A DNA stretch of 64,000 nucleotides from an uncultured delta proteobacterium (GTDB lineage Bacteria > Myxococcota_A > Polyangia > Haliangiales > Haliangiaceae). Shown here piece by piece: positions 49,620 through 59,974 of the stretch (the stretch's first letter is position 1; each line of letters starts with the position of its first letter). The notes beneath the pieces were generated by a model. It worked only from the letters and a program-made list of their open reading frames with translations. It was not told the DNA's origin and ran no database searches. The position numbers were made by a program, and so were the translations under genes. Where the stretch lies: the NCBI GenBank assembly GCA_963848295.1, contig CAWKDB010000010.1:2560001-2624000 (forward strand), read 5' to 3'.

Positions 49620-51053
49620 CTACGTGAACAGCTTGAACATCCACTTGAGCATGCGCGAGACCTTCGGGCCGTACGGCGGATAGACCGTCTTCAGCATATC
49701 GATGCGGCCTTGGCGCAGCACGGCGCGCTCGTGCGAGAACGCCTTGAAGCCATAGAACCCGTGGTAGTTGCCGGTCCCGCTCGGGCCGACGCCGCCGAAT
49801 GGCAGGTGCGGGTTCGCGAAGTGGATCAACGAGTTGTTGACGCAGGTCCCGCCCGCGGTCGTGTTGTCGATGATCTGGTCGACCGCCCGCGGATCGGTCG
49901 CGAACACGTAGAGCGAGAGTGGCTTGTCGCGCGCCGCGATGAACGCCGGCACGTCGGACAGCTTCTTGTAGGTCATCACCGGTAGGATCGGACCGAAGAT
50001 CTCCTCGGCCATCACCGGCTGCTCCGCCTTGACGTTCGTCAACACGGTCGGCGCGATGTAGCGCTCCGTCGCATCGGTCCCGCCGCCGATCTCGACCTTG
50101 GCGCCCTGGCCAACCGAGTCGTCGAGCATCTTCTTCAACCGATCGAAGTTGCGGGTGTTGATCACGCGGCACAGGTCGGGTGACTTCTTGCGATCGTCCT
50201 CGCTCGCGCCGTACATCGTGGCGATCGACTTGCGCAGCTCGCCGACGAGCTCGGCTTCGCGCTGTTCCGAGACGAACACGTAATCCGGCGCGATGCAGGT
50301 CTGGCCGGCGTTGACGAACTTGCCCCACACGATGCGGTTCGCGGTGAGCGCGATGTCCGCCGAGTCGTCGACCACGACCGGTGACTTGCCGCCGAGCTCG
50401 AGCGTGGTCGATGCGAGGTGCTTCGCGGCCGCTTCCGCGACGATGCGGCCGACCTTGGTCGAGCCGGTGAAGAAGAAGTGGTCGAACGGCAGCGCGAGCA
50501 AGCGCTGAGTCTCGGCCGGTCCACCTTCGACGACGGCAACTTCGTCTTCCGAGAACACCGCGCCGAGGAGCTCGACGATCACCTTCGCGGTGTGCTCGGT
50601 GAGCTCCGATGGCTTGCAGACCGCGCAATTGCCCGCGGCGATCGCGGCGACCAGCGGCGCGATGATCAACTGGAACGGGTAGTTCCACGGTCCGATGATC
50701 AACACGACGCCCCTCGGCTCGTAGTTGATCTGGCTCCTCGTGCCGAACAGCGCGAGCGGCGTGGTCACCGACTGCGGCTTCATCCACTTGCGCAGCGACT
50801 TGATCGCGTCTTTGAGCTCGACGAGCGACGCGTAGATCTCGGTGATATCGACCTCGGTCGGTGACTTGCGGAAGTCTTTGAACATCGCATCGCGGATCGC
50901 GGCTTCGCGCTCGACGATCGCGGCGCGCAACTTCTCGAGCTTCGCGATGCGCTCGGTCGCGGTCGAGCGCTTGACCTTCGCTTGGTTCGCGCGCTGCTTG
51001 TGGAACAGCTTCTCGATCCGGTCGTCGTCGCTAGCGATCGCATGGGTAGCCAT
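49620..51053 (-). CDS. Aldehyde dehydrogenase (ALDH3-like)
   Basis: PWNYP, FTGS, LELGGKSP, NAGQTCIAPD, EEIFGP and PFGGVG motifs. Confidence 0.95.
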   Translation of the reverse strand: MATHAIASDDDRIEKLFHKQRANQAKVKRSTATERIAKLEKLRAAIVEREAAIRDAMFKDFRKSPTEVDITEIYASLVELKDAIKSLRKWMKPQSVTTPLALFGTRSQINYEPRGVVLIIGPWNYPFQLIIAPLVAAIAAGNCAVCKPSELTEHTAKVIVELLGAVFSEDEVAVVEGGPAETQRLLALPFDHFFFTGSTKVGRIVAEAAAKHLASTTLELGGKSPVVVDDSADIALTANRIVWGKFVNAGQTCIAPDYVFVSEQREAELVGELRKSIATMYGASEDDRKKSPDLCRVINTRNFDRLKKMLDDSVGQGAKVEIGGGTDATERYIAPTVLTNVKAEQPVMAEEIFGPILPVMTYKKLSDVPAFIAARDKPLSLYVFATDPRAVDQIIDNTTAGGTCVNNSLIHFANPHLPFGGVGPSGTGNYHGFYGFKAFSHERAVLRQGRIDMLKTVYPPYGPKVSRMLKWMFKLFT

Positions 51054-51147
51054 ACGGCAAGCCTCACACTCGAAGGGCCGGCTGGCAATCGCGATCGCGC
51101 GTTGTCTCGGCGACGGTGCGGGTTACGGGCGCGCATGTGCGCGAGGG

Positions 51148-52152
51148 TCACATCGGATCGGCGCAGCATCGAAACCCGGTCGAGTAGTCGCGATAGCTGA
51201 CGTCGTGCGCGGTCGTCGCGTACAAGCAGCCGTTGCCGTTCTCGACCGTATCGACGTAATAACCACCGCGGAACGTGCCGGATGGATCCGCGGTCCACTC
51301 GTGGACGTTGCCCATCATGTCGTACGCGCCTTCGGCGGTGACGCAGCCGGGTTCGGCGCCGGTGCGATCGAGCCCGGCGGCCTCTTGGTTCAAGCACGGG
51401 CTGTCGAGGTGCGAGTAGATCCAGCTGTCGGTCGTGCCGTACAGCTCGATCGCGGGATGCACGGCACGCGCGTCGTTGCACACGCCCGGCTCGCGCGTGT
51501 TGCCGTAGGGGTACGTCGTCATCGTCGGGCCCTGACACGCGCGCAGCCATTCGGCGTCGGTGCACAGCCGCTTGTTCGAGGCGGCGCACGCCGCGCTCGC
51601 ATCGAGTTGCGAGATGTACGCCTGCGGCACCGCGCCACCCAGCGAGACCGCGCGCACGGTGTGGCCGGTCGGATCGAAGTACGGCGACCACGGTTGCTCG
51701 GAGCCGCTGACCATTTCGACGAGCGACGCCTCGAACCGGTCGACGCAGAACGCCGCGGTTCCGTCGACGTGCACCATCCCCGCCGGACAGCCGTTATCGC
51801 CAGGCTGTTCCACGAGGCACGCGTTCGGTTGCGGCACCGTGTCGGGATCGCATTCGATCGCGTCGGCGAACCGCGGCGAGCAACACTCGATGTTGACCGG
51901 GCCAGCGCATTGCCCGGCGACCGATTCGCGCGAGCCGTAGCACAGGCTGACGTCGAGGCACGAGCCCGGGATCGTGCCGTTCAGACATGCCGGTGCGCTG
52001 CTCGCGGGGGCGGCGTCGACGGTGATCGGCGGCTCGCATCCAGCATCGCCGATCGCATCGGCCGCGCCGTCGCTCGGTGCTGCGTCGTGCGGGGCGTTAC
52101 CGCGCCCGCCGCAGGCGACGAGCGCGACGACCAAGACAGCCCGCGTCACCAT
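51148..52152 (-). CDS. FGE-sulfatase (SUMF1-like) domain lipoprotein
   Basis: CPAGMV, RLCTDAEW, YPYG, DMMGNVHEW and TGFRCC motifs. Confidence 0.88.
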   Translation of the reverse strand: MVTRAVLVVALVACGGRGNAPHDAAPSDGAADAIGDAGCEPPITVDAAPASSAPACLNGTIPGSCLDVSLCYGSRESVAGQCAGPVNIECCSPRFADAIECDPDTVPQPNACLVEQPGDNGCPAGMVHVDGTAAFCVDRFEASLVEMVSGSEQPWSPYFDPTGHTVRAVSLGGAVPQAYISQLDASAACAASNKRLCTDAEWLRACQGPTMTTYPYGNTREPGVCNDARAVHPAIELYGTTDSWIYSHLDSPCLNQEAAGLDRTGAEPGCVTAEGAYDMMGNVHEWTADPSGTFRGGYYVDTVENGNGCLYATTAHDVSYRDYSTGFRCCADPM

Positions 52153-52261
52153 CGCTCCGCAGTATAGGCCCGCGTTCATGGGGCGCGGCGCCCCGTCGAC
52201 GTAGGCCTAGGTGGGACGGCGGTCCCTGACGAGCAACTCGGAATCTCCATACAATGATGGC

Positions 52262-53860
52262 GTGCGTTCGAACTATCTCGCGTCGTCGCTGTTGTTGCTC
52301 GTCGCGTGCGGTCACCACGGAGCGGACACCGGCGACGCGGGCGGGGCCGACGGCGTGACCACGCCCGATGCGTTTGCAGGACCGTGGGCCGACTTCCCGG
52401 TCGATCCGATCATCGACCCGAGCGCACCCGCGAATTCGGCGACGCTATTCGGCGCGGCGGGCACCGGCGCGACGACCGGCGGACCGTGCATGGTCGAGCC
52501 CGAGGTCGGCACGCTGTATCCGCAGAACTGGTTGCGGCCGCGGTTCTCGTGGATCGCGACCGGCACGGAGAACTTGTTCGAGATCCGGCTCACCGCCGCG
52601 AATCAGATCAACCCGCTCGTCGTGTACACGAGCGCGAGCACCTGGACGATGCCCGCCGATATCTGGGTCCGGCTCAGCGCCGACACGGTGGAGCAACCGA
52701 TCGCGATGACGGTGCGCGGCGCGACCTACGACGGCATGTCCGCGTTGACGAGTGGTCCAGAGATCGGGTCGATGGGCGACATCGCGGTCGCGAACGCGCA
52801 AGCGCCGGGCGCGATCGTTTATTGGACGACGAGCGGCGGCACCGCGTTGCGCGGCTTCCATATCGGCGACGAAACCGTCACGACGATCGTGCAGCCCGCC
52901 GACGATGCTCCGGCGACGAAGTGCATCGGTTGCCACTCGTCGACGCCCGACGGCACGTTCGTCGCGTACTCCGCGAGCCAGAACGCCGGCAATGGTGACC
53001 CGACCGCGCTCGGGTTCCTGAGCTCCGACGCGATGGGCACGCGGCCGAGCTTCATCACCGCGTCGGCACAGACGATGATGGCCCGATCGGGTCAAGAGTC
53101 GCCGACGTTCTCGAAGCAGCATTGGCAGCCGGGCGACCGCACCGCGGTCAACATGTTCACGGTCGGCGGCAAGTTCGAGATCATGTGGACCGATCTCGAG
53201 GCGAGCTCGACCGCGCAGAACACCGGGTGGGGCGTGGTCGCGCGCGGCGGCGACACCGGGGCCGCGGCCTACGCGTCGTTCGCGCGGACCAGCGATCAAC
53301 TGCTGTACGTCAGCGCACCGACGGTGGCCTCGGGCGTCACGGTCAGCCATGGCGACTTGATGACCGTCCCATATGGCGCGCGCGCGGGCGGCACCGCGAG
53401 CCCGCTCGTAGGAGCGAACACCGCGACGTACAACGAGTACTACCCGACGTTCTCGCCCGACGATAAGTACGTCGCCTACAACCGCGTGCCCGATGGCCAG
53501 TCGAGCTACGCGAACACGCAAGCCGAAGTGTTCGTGATCCCGACCGCCGGTGTCACCCCGACGCGCATCGCCGCAAACGATCCGACGGCTTGCAGCGGCA
53601 AGACCAGCCCCGGCATCGAGAACAGCTGGCCCAAGTGGGCGCCGCAAGCGACCGTCGACAACGCGACCGGCAAGACCTATTACTGGCTGACGTTCTCGTC
53701 GACGCGCACCGGCGGCATCCCGCAGTTGTTCGTGACACCGGTGATCGACGACGGTAGCGGCACGCTCCAGACCTATCCGGCCCTGTATCTGTGGAACCAA
53801 CCCGCGACCGACCACAACCACACGCCGGCCTGGGATAACTTCCAGCTCGTCATCCAGTAG
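52262..53860 (+). CDS. TolB/PD40-like beta-propeller lipoprotein with CxxCH motif
   Basis: Lipobox LVAC; CIGCH; YYPTFSPD, NSWPKWAP and FSSTR motifs. Confidence 0.78.
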   Translation: MRSNYLASSLLLLVACGHHGADTGDAGGADGVTTPDAFAGPWADFPVDPIIDPSAPANSATLFGAAGTGATTGGPCMVEPEVGTLYPQNWLRPRFSWIATGTENLFEIRLTAANQINPLVVYTSASTWTMPADIWVRLSADTVEQPIAMTVRGATYDGMSALTSGPEIGSMGDIAVANAQAPGAIVYWTTSGGTALRGFHIGDETVTTIVQPADDAPATKCIGCHSSTPDGTFVAYSASQNAGNGDPTALGFLSSDAMGTRPSFITASAQTMMARSGQESPTFSKQHWQPGDRTAVNMFTVGGKFEIMWTDLEASSTAQNTGWGVVARGGDTGAAAYASFARTSDQLLYVSAPTVASGVTVSHGDLMTVPYGARAGGTASPLVGANTATYNEYYPTFSPDDKYVAYNRVPDGQSSYANTQAEVFVIPTAGVTPTRIAANDPTACSGKTSPGIENSWPKWAPQATVDNATGKTYYWLTFSSTRTGGIPQLFVTPVIDDGSGTLQTYPALYLWNQPATDHNHTPAWDNFQLVIQ

Positions 53861-53861
53861 C

Positions 53862-54455
53862 TCAGCGCGCCGCGACGAGCGCACCGCGCGGAAGCCGCGC
53901 CGCCGCTTCGACCAGGCTGTACGGCGTCGCCGCGCGCAGCGCCTGCACCGCGACCTCGAGGCGGCCGTGGATCTGTCCATTCATCGCAGCGATCGCGAGC
54001 TGCGGCGAGAGCGTCGAATCGGCGTCGAGCCTCAGCACGCCTTGCACCATTGCGATCTCCGGCACGGTCAGGCCGGAGTCGAGCATCCACGCGAACAGCG
54101 GGCCGCTGTGGACGTCGGCGAGCCGCAGCTTGTTGTTCGTGCGCACGGCGGCATCGACCAGGTCGCCGCGCCCGGACTGAAAGATCAGCTCCGCCATCGG
54201 GCAGCGCACGCCGCGCTCGTCGCGAAGCTCGCTGACTGGATATGACGTCTTCGGATCGATCGGGAACACGCCGGCCTGCTCGTAGCGCTCGAGCGCCGTG
54301 ATCATCTCCGCGCGATGGACGCCGAGCGTCGCGATCGTGAGCGGCGATGCGCTCGCCGGTGCGGCCGGCGATGCGGTCGCCGGTGCGACCGGTTTCGGGA
54401 CCGCTGCGCATCCGGCAAGCACCGCCAACGCGAGACATGAAGCTTTGACCGTCAT
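53862..54455 (-). CDS. Hypothetical lipoprotein
   Basis: Lipobox LAGC; DERGVRCPMAELI..SG and SGLT..EIAMVQ look like conserved motifs. Confidence 0.6.
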   Translation of the reverse strand: MTVKASCLALAVLAGCAAVPKPVAPATASPAAPASASPLTIATLGVHRAEMITALERYEQAGVFPIDPKTSYPVSELRDERGVRCPMAELIFQSGRGDLVDAAVRTNNKLRLADVHSGPLFAWMLDSGLTVPEIAMVQGVLRLDADSTLSPQLAIAAMNGQIHGRLEVAVQALRAATPYSLVEAAARLPRGALVAAR

Positions 54456-54585
54456 GGCTAGACGATGCCGCATGGCTGCGCGCACGCGAGTAAGGCCTAC
54501 GTAAGCTCGCGAGCGCGCAGCGCGCAGCGCAAATGCTCGGCAGGAGCGGCAATGGGAACGACGACGCGAGGCCGTACTTGTTCTG

Positions 54586-55872
54586 TCAGGCGCGGTCGCC
54601 GGCGAGATCGAGGAACGTATAGCGATCGCGGATCTCGCGCGCGTGCGCGACCGCGGCGTCGAACAGCGCGTCGGGGTAGCCGAGCTCGATCGCCGTCGTC
54701 GGAGCACCGGCGGCGGTGAGGATCTGCACGATGCGGTCCGGCGTCGTCGAGATCGCGCCGAGGCGCGCGCGGAATTCGGGCCAGCGAACGGCGAGGCGCG
54801 CATTGACCTCGTCGGCCGCGGCGCGATCGAGCGCCTTGGCCGACAGCTCTGGCCAGGCCGCGTCGCCGAACGCCGGGCCGAAGTGCGCCACGACGCTGTC
54901 CCGCGTGATCGCGGTCGGCTCGACGTACGGCGGCTCGGTGCGAGCGAGCAGCTCGGCTTGGATGCGAGCGACCGCGATCGTCGCGACCCCGACCTGTTCG
55001 CCGTGCAGCGGCTCGGGGATGTGCGCCGGCCGCATCATCTCGAGGTAGTGGCTGATCATGTGCTCGCCCTGGCTCGCCGGGAAGCTACCGCCGACGAGCG
55101 TCATGCCGAACCCGGACAGCACGAGCGTGCGCGCGAGCGATCGCATCGCGGCCAGGTCGCCGCCGACGAGCGCCGCGGCATTGCCGAACAGCGTCGCCTC
55201 GTCTCCCGCGAGCAACTCGAACGGCACCGCGCGATACGGCCGATCGCGCAGCAGGTGCGCCATCAGCCAGTCGGCTTGCGCGGTCGGGCGACACACGCTG
55301 TCGCCGAGCCCGGCGCGAATCAACCGAGCCGGTGCCGCCGCGAGCACGCCGAGATCGAGAAATACGCCGACTGGGGTGCGCGCGCGCACCGAGCGCTTGA
55401 ACCCCGCCTCGCTCACCGATGCGCTGACCGAGGTGTAGCCGTTCATCGAAGGCGCGGTGCCGAACACGAGCTGCGGGACGTCGCGAGCGAGCGCGACCAT
55501 CTTCGACAGATCGTTGATCGTGCCGGACCCGACCGCGACGACCGCCGCGACGTCCGGCTCGAGCGTCGCGATCAACTTGTCGATCGTCGTGCGATCGCAG
55601 TGCGGATGATGTGGCAGCTCGATCCGCTGCACCGCGAACCGCGCCTCGAGCGCGGTGGCGACGCGCTCGCCGAGCGCCGCGTAGGTCTCGGGATCGCCGA
55701 TCATCGCGAGCTTGCCGGCGACCCCCGCGGCCGCCACGAGCTCGACCTCGCGGCCGGCGAGCGAATCTTCGATCGCGATCGCGCGCGATTCACACGCGAG
55801 CAGCTCGCCGGTGTCCGGATCGGGATACGCCCCCGCCAGCAGCCGCGCGATCGGGTCGCTAGCGGCAGGCAT
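54586..55872 (-). CDS. sn-glycerol-1-phosphate dehydrogenase-like (EgsA/AraM family)
   Basis: GSGTINDLSK, TAPSMNGYTS, AGLGD, SQGEHMISH and HGEQVG motifs. Confidence 0.8.
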   Translation of the reverse strand: MPAASDPIARLLAGAYPDPDTGELLACESRAIAIEDSLAGREVELVAAAGVAGKLAMIGDPETYAALGERVATALEARFAVQRIELPHHPHCDRTTIDKLIATLEPDVAAVVAVGSGTINDLSKMVALARDVPQLVFGTAPSMNGYTSVSASVSEAGFKRSVRARTPVGVFLDLGVLAAAPARLIRAGLGDSVCRPTAQADWLMAHLLRDRPYRAVPFELLAGDEATLFGNAAALVGGDLAAMRSLARTLVLSGFGMTLVGGSFPASQGEHMISHYLEMMRPAHIPEPLHGEQVGVATIAVARIQAELLARTEPPYVEPTAITRDSVVAHFGPAFGDAAWPELSAKALDRAAADEVNARLAVRWPEFRARLGAISTTPDRIVQILTAAGAPTTAIELGYPDALFDAAVAHAREIRDRYTFLDLAGDRA

Positions 55873-56524
55873 CGAGGATCGCTCTCAGCTGAGAGCGCAG
55901 CCCGCCCATGAGCGGTGAGAACGAGCCGTCGAACGCGGCGGAGCCGATCGTGAATGCGTCGGCGCCTGCGGCTGCGAGCGCGCGAATCTGCGCGGGCGTC
56001 GCGACGCTGCCGGCGACGAGCAGGTAACCGGGCGTGCCCCGCCGCGCCGCCCGCACCAGCTCGATCGGATCCGCTTCGGTCGCGCGATACGCGAGCAAGT
56101 CGACGCCGGCGCAGCCTTTCGCCGCGAACCGGCGACAATCGGCTTCGACGTCCTCGGGCGTGCCGCCGAGCTTCGTCGGATGGCCTACCGGCTTGCCAGG
56201 GAACGGGTGATATGTCGTGGCGCTGCCGGCGAGGATCTGCAGCACGTCGTCGACTTGGGTGCCGCCGAGCAGCCGCTCGACCCCGATGTCGCGCGCGACC
56301 CGCGCCGAATTCAAGCTCGCTTCGACCGACGTGCTGACGACCTCCATGTACGTCGTCGCACCTTGCGCGCGGATCTGCACGACGAGCTCGCGCAGCACCT
56401 CGGGTGGTACGCCGACATCCTTGAACCCGATGTGACCGAGGCCGATCGGCCGGATGTCTTCGAGCACCTCGAGACAGTCGGGGACCGTCTGGTCGGAGCG
56501 CGTCAACATGAAGACGAAGTCCAC
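55859..56524 (-). CDS. Phosphate-binding TIM-barrel protein of unknown function
   Basis: IGFKDVG and VAGSV...GADAFTIGSA (standard phosphate-binding barrel end); overlaps the G1PDH-like gene. Confidence 0.7.
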   Translation of the reverse strand: MDFVFMLTRSDQTVPDCLEVLEDIRPIGLGHIGFKDVGVPPEVLRELVVQIRAQGATTYMEVVSTSVEASLNSARVARDIGVERLLGGTQVDDVLQILAGSATTYHPFPGKPVGHPTKLGGTPEDVEADCRRFAAKGCAGVDLLAYRATEADPIELVRAARRGTPGYLLVAGSVATPAQIRALAAAGADAFTIGSAAFDGSFSPLMGGLRSQLRAILDACR

Positions 56525-56539
56525 GCAGCTCGGATCGTA

Positions 56540-57448
56540 TCACGTGCCGCGCGCTTGTTTGGCGCACAGCTCGACGAGCTGGTCGACGATCCAGCGATGG
56601 GCCGGGCCGAGCGTCGCATCGCGGCGGTAGATCACGGCGAGCCGCAGCACGTGCTCGTCGCGCGCCCAGTCAGCCGGGCGGAGCTCGACCAGCCGGTCGC
56701 GCTCGAGATCGCGACGCGCGAGGTGCTCGGGCAGATTCCCCCAGCCGAGTCCGGCGCGCAGCATCGCGTGCTTGGTATGGAGATCGTCGACCCGCCACGT
56801 CCGGGTCGACAGCACGGCTTGGTCCGGTACGCCGCTCGTCGTGCGCTCCGCGAGCACGATCTGGACGTGTTGCTCGAAGGCGTCGCGCGCGATCGCACCG
56901 CGCAGCTTCGCGAGCGGGTGGCGTGCCGCGGCGACCGGCACCATCCGGATCGGCGCCAGCGTTCGGCGCTCGAGGCTCGGCCCGGTCGCGAGCGGAGTCG
57001 CCACGCCGAGCGTCGCGCTGCCGTCGAGGACTCGCGCCGCGACCGCCGACAGCGTCTGAACATCGATGCGCAGGTCCACCGCCGCAAACTCGCGCGCGAA
57101 CCCTCGCGCCATCTCGATCAGCGCGGCGGTCGGAAAGATCGCATCGACGCACAACGCGACCGACGCCTCGACCCCGCGCACCATCCCGGCGGCGAGCCGG
57201 CGCAACGCATCGACCTCGCCGAGCACGCGCCGCGCCCTCCCGAGCACCGCCTCGCCTTCGCGTGTCAGCGTCGCGACGCGATGCGTGCGGTCCCACACCG
57301 CGACGCCGAGCTGGCTCTCGAGGTTCGCCATCGCGGTCGACACCGCCGACTGGACCCGCCCGAGCTTGCGCGCCGCGGCCGAGAAGCTGCCGCTGTCGAC
57401 CACGGCCGACAGCATCCGCAGCTGGTCCAGCGTGATCGGGTCGAGCAT
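56540..57448 (-). CDS. LysR family transcriptional regulator
   Basis: GSFSAAARKLGRVQSAVS..LE.QLGV HTH; divergent from the pirin gene. Confidence 0.92.
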   Translation of the reverse strand: MLDPITLDQLRMLSAVVDSGSFSAAARKLGRVQSAVSTAMANLESQLGVAVWDRTHRVATLTREGEAVLGRARRVLGEVDALRRLAAGMVRGVEASVALCVDAIFPTAALIEMARGFAREFAAVDLRIDVQTLSAVAARVLDGSATLGVATPLATGPSLERRTLAPIRMVPVAAARHPLAKLRGAIARDAFEQHVQIVLAERTTSGVPDQAVLSTRTWRVDDLHTKHAMLRAGLGWGNLPEHLARRDLERDRLVELRPADWARDEHVLRLAVIYRRDATLGPAHRWIVDQLVELCAKQARGT

Positions 57449-57450
57449 GA

Positions 57451-57469
57451 CCATCAATCTATCAGATGG
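57451..57469. promoter_or_regulatory. LysR T-N11-A box
   Basis: CCATC-N9-GATGG inverted repeat between lysR and pirin. Confidence 0.65.
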
Positions 57470-57546
57470 ATGTCATCTATCGATTACCGATTCCGTAGAT
57501 GCCACGCGATGGCCATGATTTCGCGCTACAGGAGCTATCGCAACCC

Positions 57547-58245
57547 ATGCTGACCATCCGCAAAGCCGCCGACCGAGGCCACGCCCGCCACGGTTGGCTC
57601 GATTCCCACCACACGTTCTCGTTCGCCGACTACTACGACCCGGACCACATGGGGTTCCGCGCGCTGCGCGTGATCAACGACGACCGGGTCGAAGGCGGCC
57701 GTGGCTTCGGCGCGCACCCGCACCGCGACATGGAGATCATCTCGTACGTGCTCGACGGCGCGCTCGCGCACAAGGACTCGACCGGCACCGGCGCGGTGAT
57801 CAAGCCCGGCGACGTCCAGCGCATGAGCGCCGGTACCGGCGTCACGCACAGCGAGTTCAACGCGTCGCCCGCGGACGAGGTGCACTTCTTGCAGATCTGG
57901 CTGATGCCGAACCAGCGCGGGATCGAGCCCGGCTACGAGCAGAAGACGTTCACCGACGCCGACAAGCGCGGCAAGCTCGTGCTCGTCGCCTCGCCCGATG
58001 GCACCGACGGCAGCGTGACGATCCACGCCGACGCGAAGGTCTACGCAGGCGTGCTCGGCCAGGGCGACACGACGACGTTCGCGCTACCCGCCGGCCGTCA
58101 TGCGTGGGTCCAGGTCGCGCGCGGCGAGCTGACGCTCAACGGCGAACCACTCGGCGAGGGCGACGGCGCCGCGATCAGCGACGTGCGCGACCTCGCGTTC
58201 GCCGGGGTCGACGAAGCGGAAGTGCTCGTGTTCGATCTCGGGTGA
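57547..58245 (+). CDS. Pirin family protein (YhhW-like)
   Basis: HGWLDSHHTFSF, HPHRDMEI, HSE and LQIW motifs. Confidence 0.93.
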   Translation: MLTIRKAADRGHARHGWLDSHHTFSFADYYDPDHMGFRALRVINDDRVEGGRGFGAHPHRDMEIISYVLDGALAHKDSTGTGAVIKPGDVQRMSAGTGVTHSEFNASPADEVHFLQIWLMPNQRGIEPGYEQKTFTDADKRGKLVLVASPDGTDGSVTIHADAKVYAGVLGQGDTTTFALPAGRHAWVQVARGELTLNGEPLGEGDGAAISDVRDLAFAGVDEAEVLVFDLG

Positions 58246-59866
58246 TCAGTTGCCCTTGATCGTGACGACGCCGTTGCCGGCCTGCACGCCGTCGCTGCCG
58301 GTCGGGTTCGCGCCGGGGTTGAAAGAGCCGCCGCCGCCGCCAGCACTCCAGTTGGGCTGACTGGCAGCCGCCACCGCCGCCCGAATAGCCACCACCACCG
58401 CCGCCAGCACCGGCGGTGTATCCGGGGAAGATGCTCGAACCGCCGCCGCCGCCGAACCCGCCGGGGGTAGCGCCGCTGCCGCCCGCCGCGCCGTCGGCAG
58501 GATCGAGCCCGCCATCGCCCGGAGTGCCGCCTGTCTCCACATCTCCATTGCCGCCGTCACTCAAGAACCCGGCGCCGCCGCCGGGTGTCGCGACGCTGTC
58601 TATCGGGTCGGTCGAGCAGCTAGCGCCACCGCTGCCGCCGGTGCCGCCAGCGCCAACGTTGCCATTGTCGCCGTCGGTCGAGGCCGTTCCGTCGGGCGTT
58701 GCTACGCCCGGCATGCCTGGCAACGGACCGGTGCAACAATTGCCCGCGCCGCCACCACCGCCGCCCGCCGCGATCACGAGCGAGCCGTCGGCGTGTAGAA
58801 CGAACGTGCCGCCGCCGCCGCCGTTGCCGCTCGCCGGCGTGCCGCCCACGATGATCGTGAGCGTCTCCCCCGGCGTCACCGCGATCGTGCTCGTCACGCT
58901 CGCGCCGTTGCCACCGGCGGTCGTCGCACTGCCGCCCGCAGCCCCAGCCGCGGTGAACGTGAGCGCGCCGCACGTGGTCGGTACCTGGAAAGTCACCGGC
59001 GCACCGCTGTAATCGATCTCGATGTCGACGTCGCAGAAGTACGGCGTACACACTCCCGCCAAGCACCCTTCGCCCGGCCCGCACTGCATGCCGACGTCGC
59101 CGCCCGCGCAGTCGGTCGCGCCACAGAAGTTCACGTCGGTCTGCGGATCGATGCACGCGCTGTTGCACTCGAGCCGGGTCGCGTCGCACGACAGCGCGCA
59201 GTTGCCGGTACCGTCGCACACGAAGCCGTCGGCGCACGCGGTGCCGATGTCTCCGCCCGCGCAGTCGGTCGCGCCGCAGAACCGGCGATCGGTCAGCGGG
59301 TCGACGCATTGCGCGCCGCACACGAGCTCGGTCGACACGCATTGCTGCGCGCAGTGGCCGGTGCCGTCGCACACACTGCCGGTCGGGCACGGTGTGCCGA
59401 CGTTCGCGCCAGTGCAATCGCCGCTCGCGCCGCAGAACTGATTGTCGGTCAACGGGTCGACGCATTGCGCGCCGCACTCGAGCTCGCCAGCGACGCACGA
59501 CACCGCGCATTGCCCGGCGCTGCACACTTCGCCGGTGGGACACTGCGTGCCCGCGTTCGCGCCGGAGCAGTCTGCGCTCGCACCGCAGTAGCGAGGGTCG
59601 GTCTCCGGGCTGATGCATTCGCCCGCGCATTCGACCTCGCTCGCCGCGCACGTCGCGGTGCACGCGCCGCTGCTGCACAGCATGCCGCCGGGACACACGG
59701 TGCCGCACGCGCCGCAGTTCTGGGTGTCATTGATGGTATCGGTGCAGGTCGAGCCGCACAGCTCGAACGGCGCCGGGCAGCTCGCGGCGTCGGGCGGCGC
59801 CAGTCCGTTATCTCCGCACGCCCACAGCCCGAAGACGCATGCGACGACCACGGAGATCCTGCTCAT
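58246..59866 (-). pseudogene. Cys-rich repeat plus glycine-rich domain lipoprotein, frameshifted near 58350-58365
   Basis: Lipobox LWAC; repeated C.D..TD..FCGA modules. The natural end of the Gly-rich domain (SAGGGGGSFN...GNGVVTI) is in another frame. Confidence 0.65.
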
Positions 59867-59974
59867 CGTCGATCACGTTATCAAACCGCCGCAACGAAGG
59901 AAAGCGAGGGAGCCCCGGGGATACCCGACGACAGTTGAGTCCCCATCGCGCGATCGATTAGGCTTTGCGGTCAA

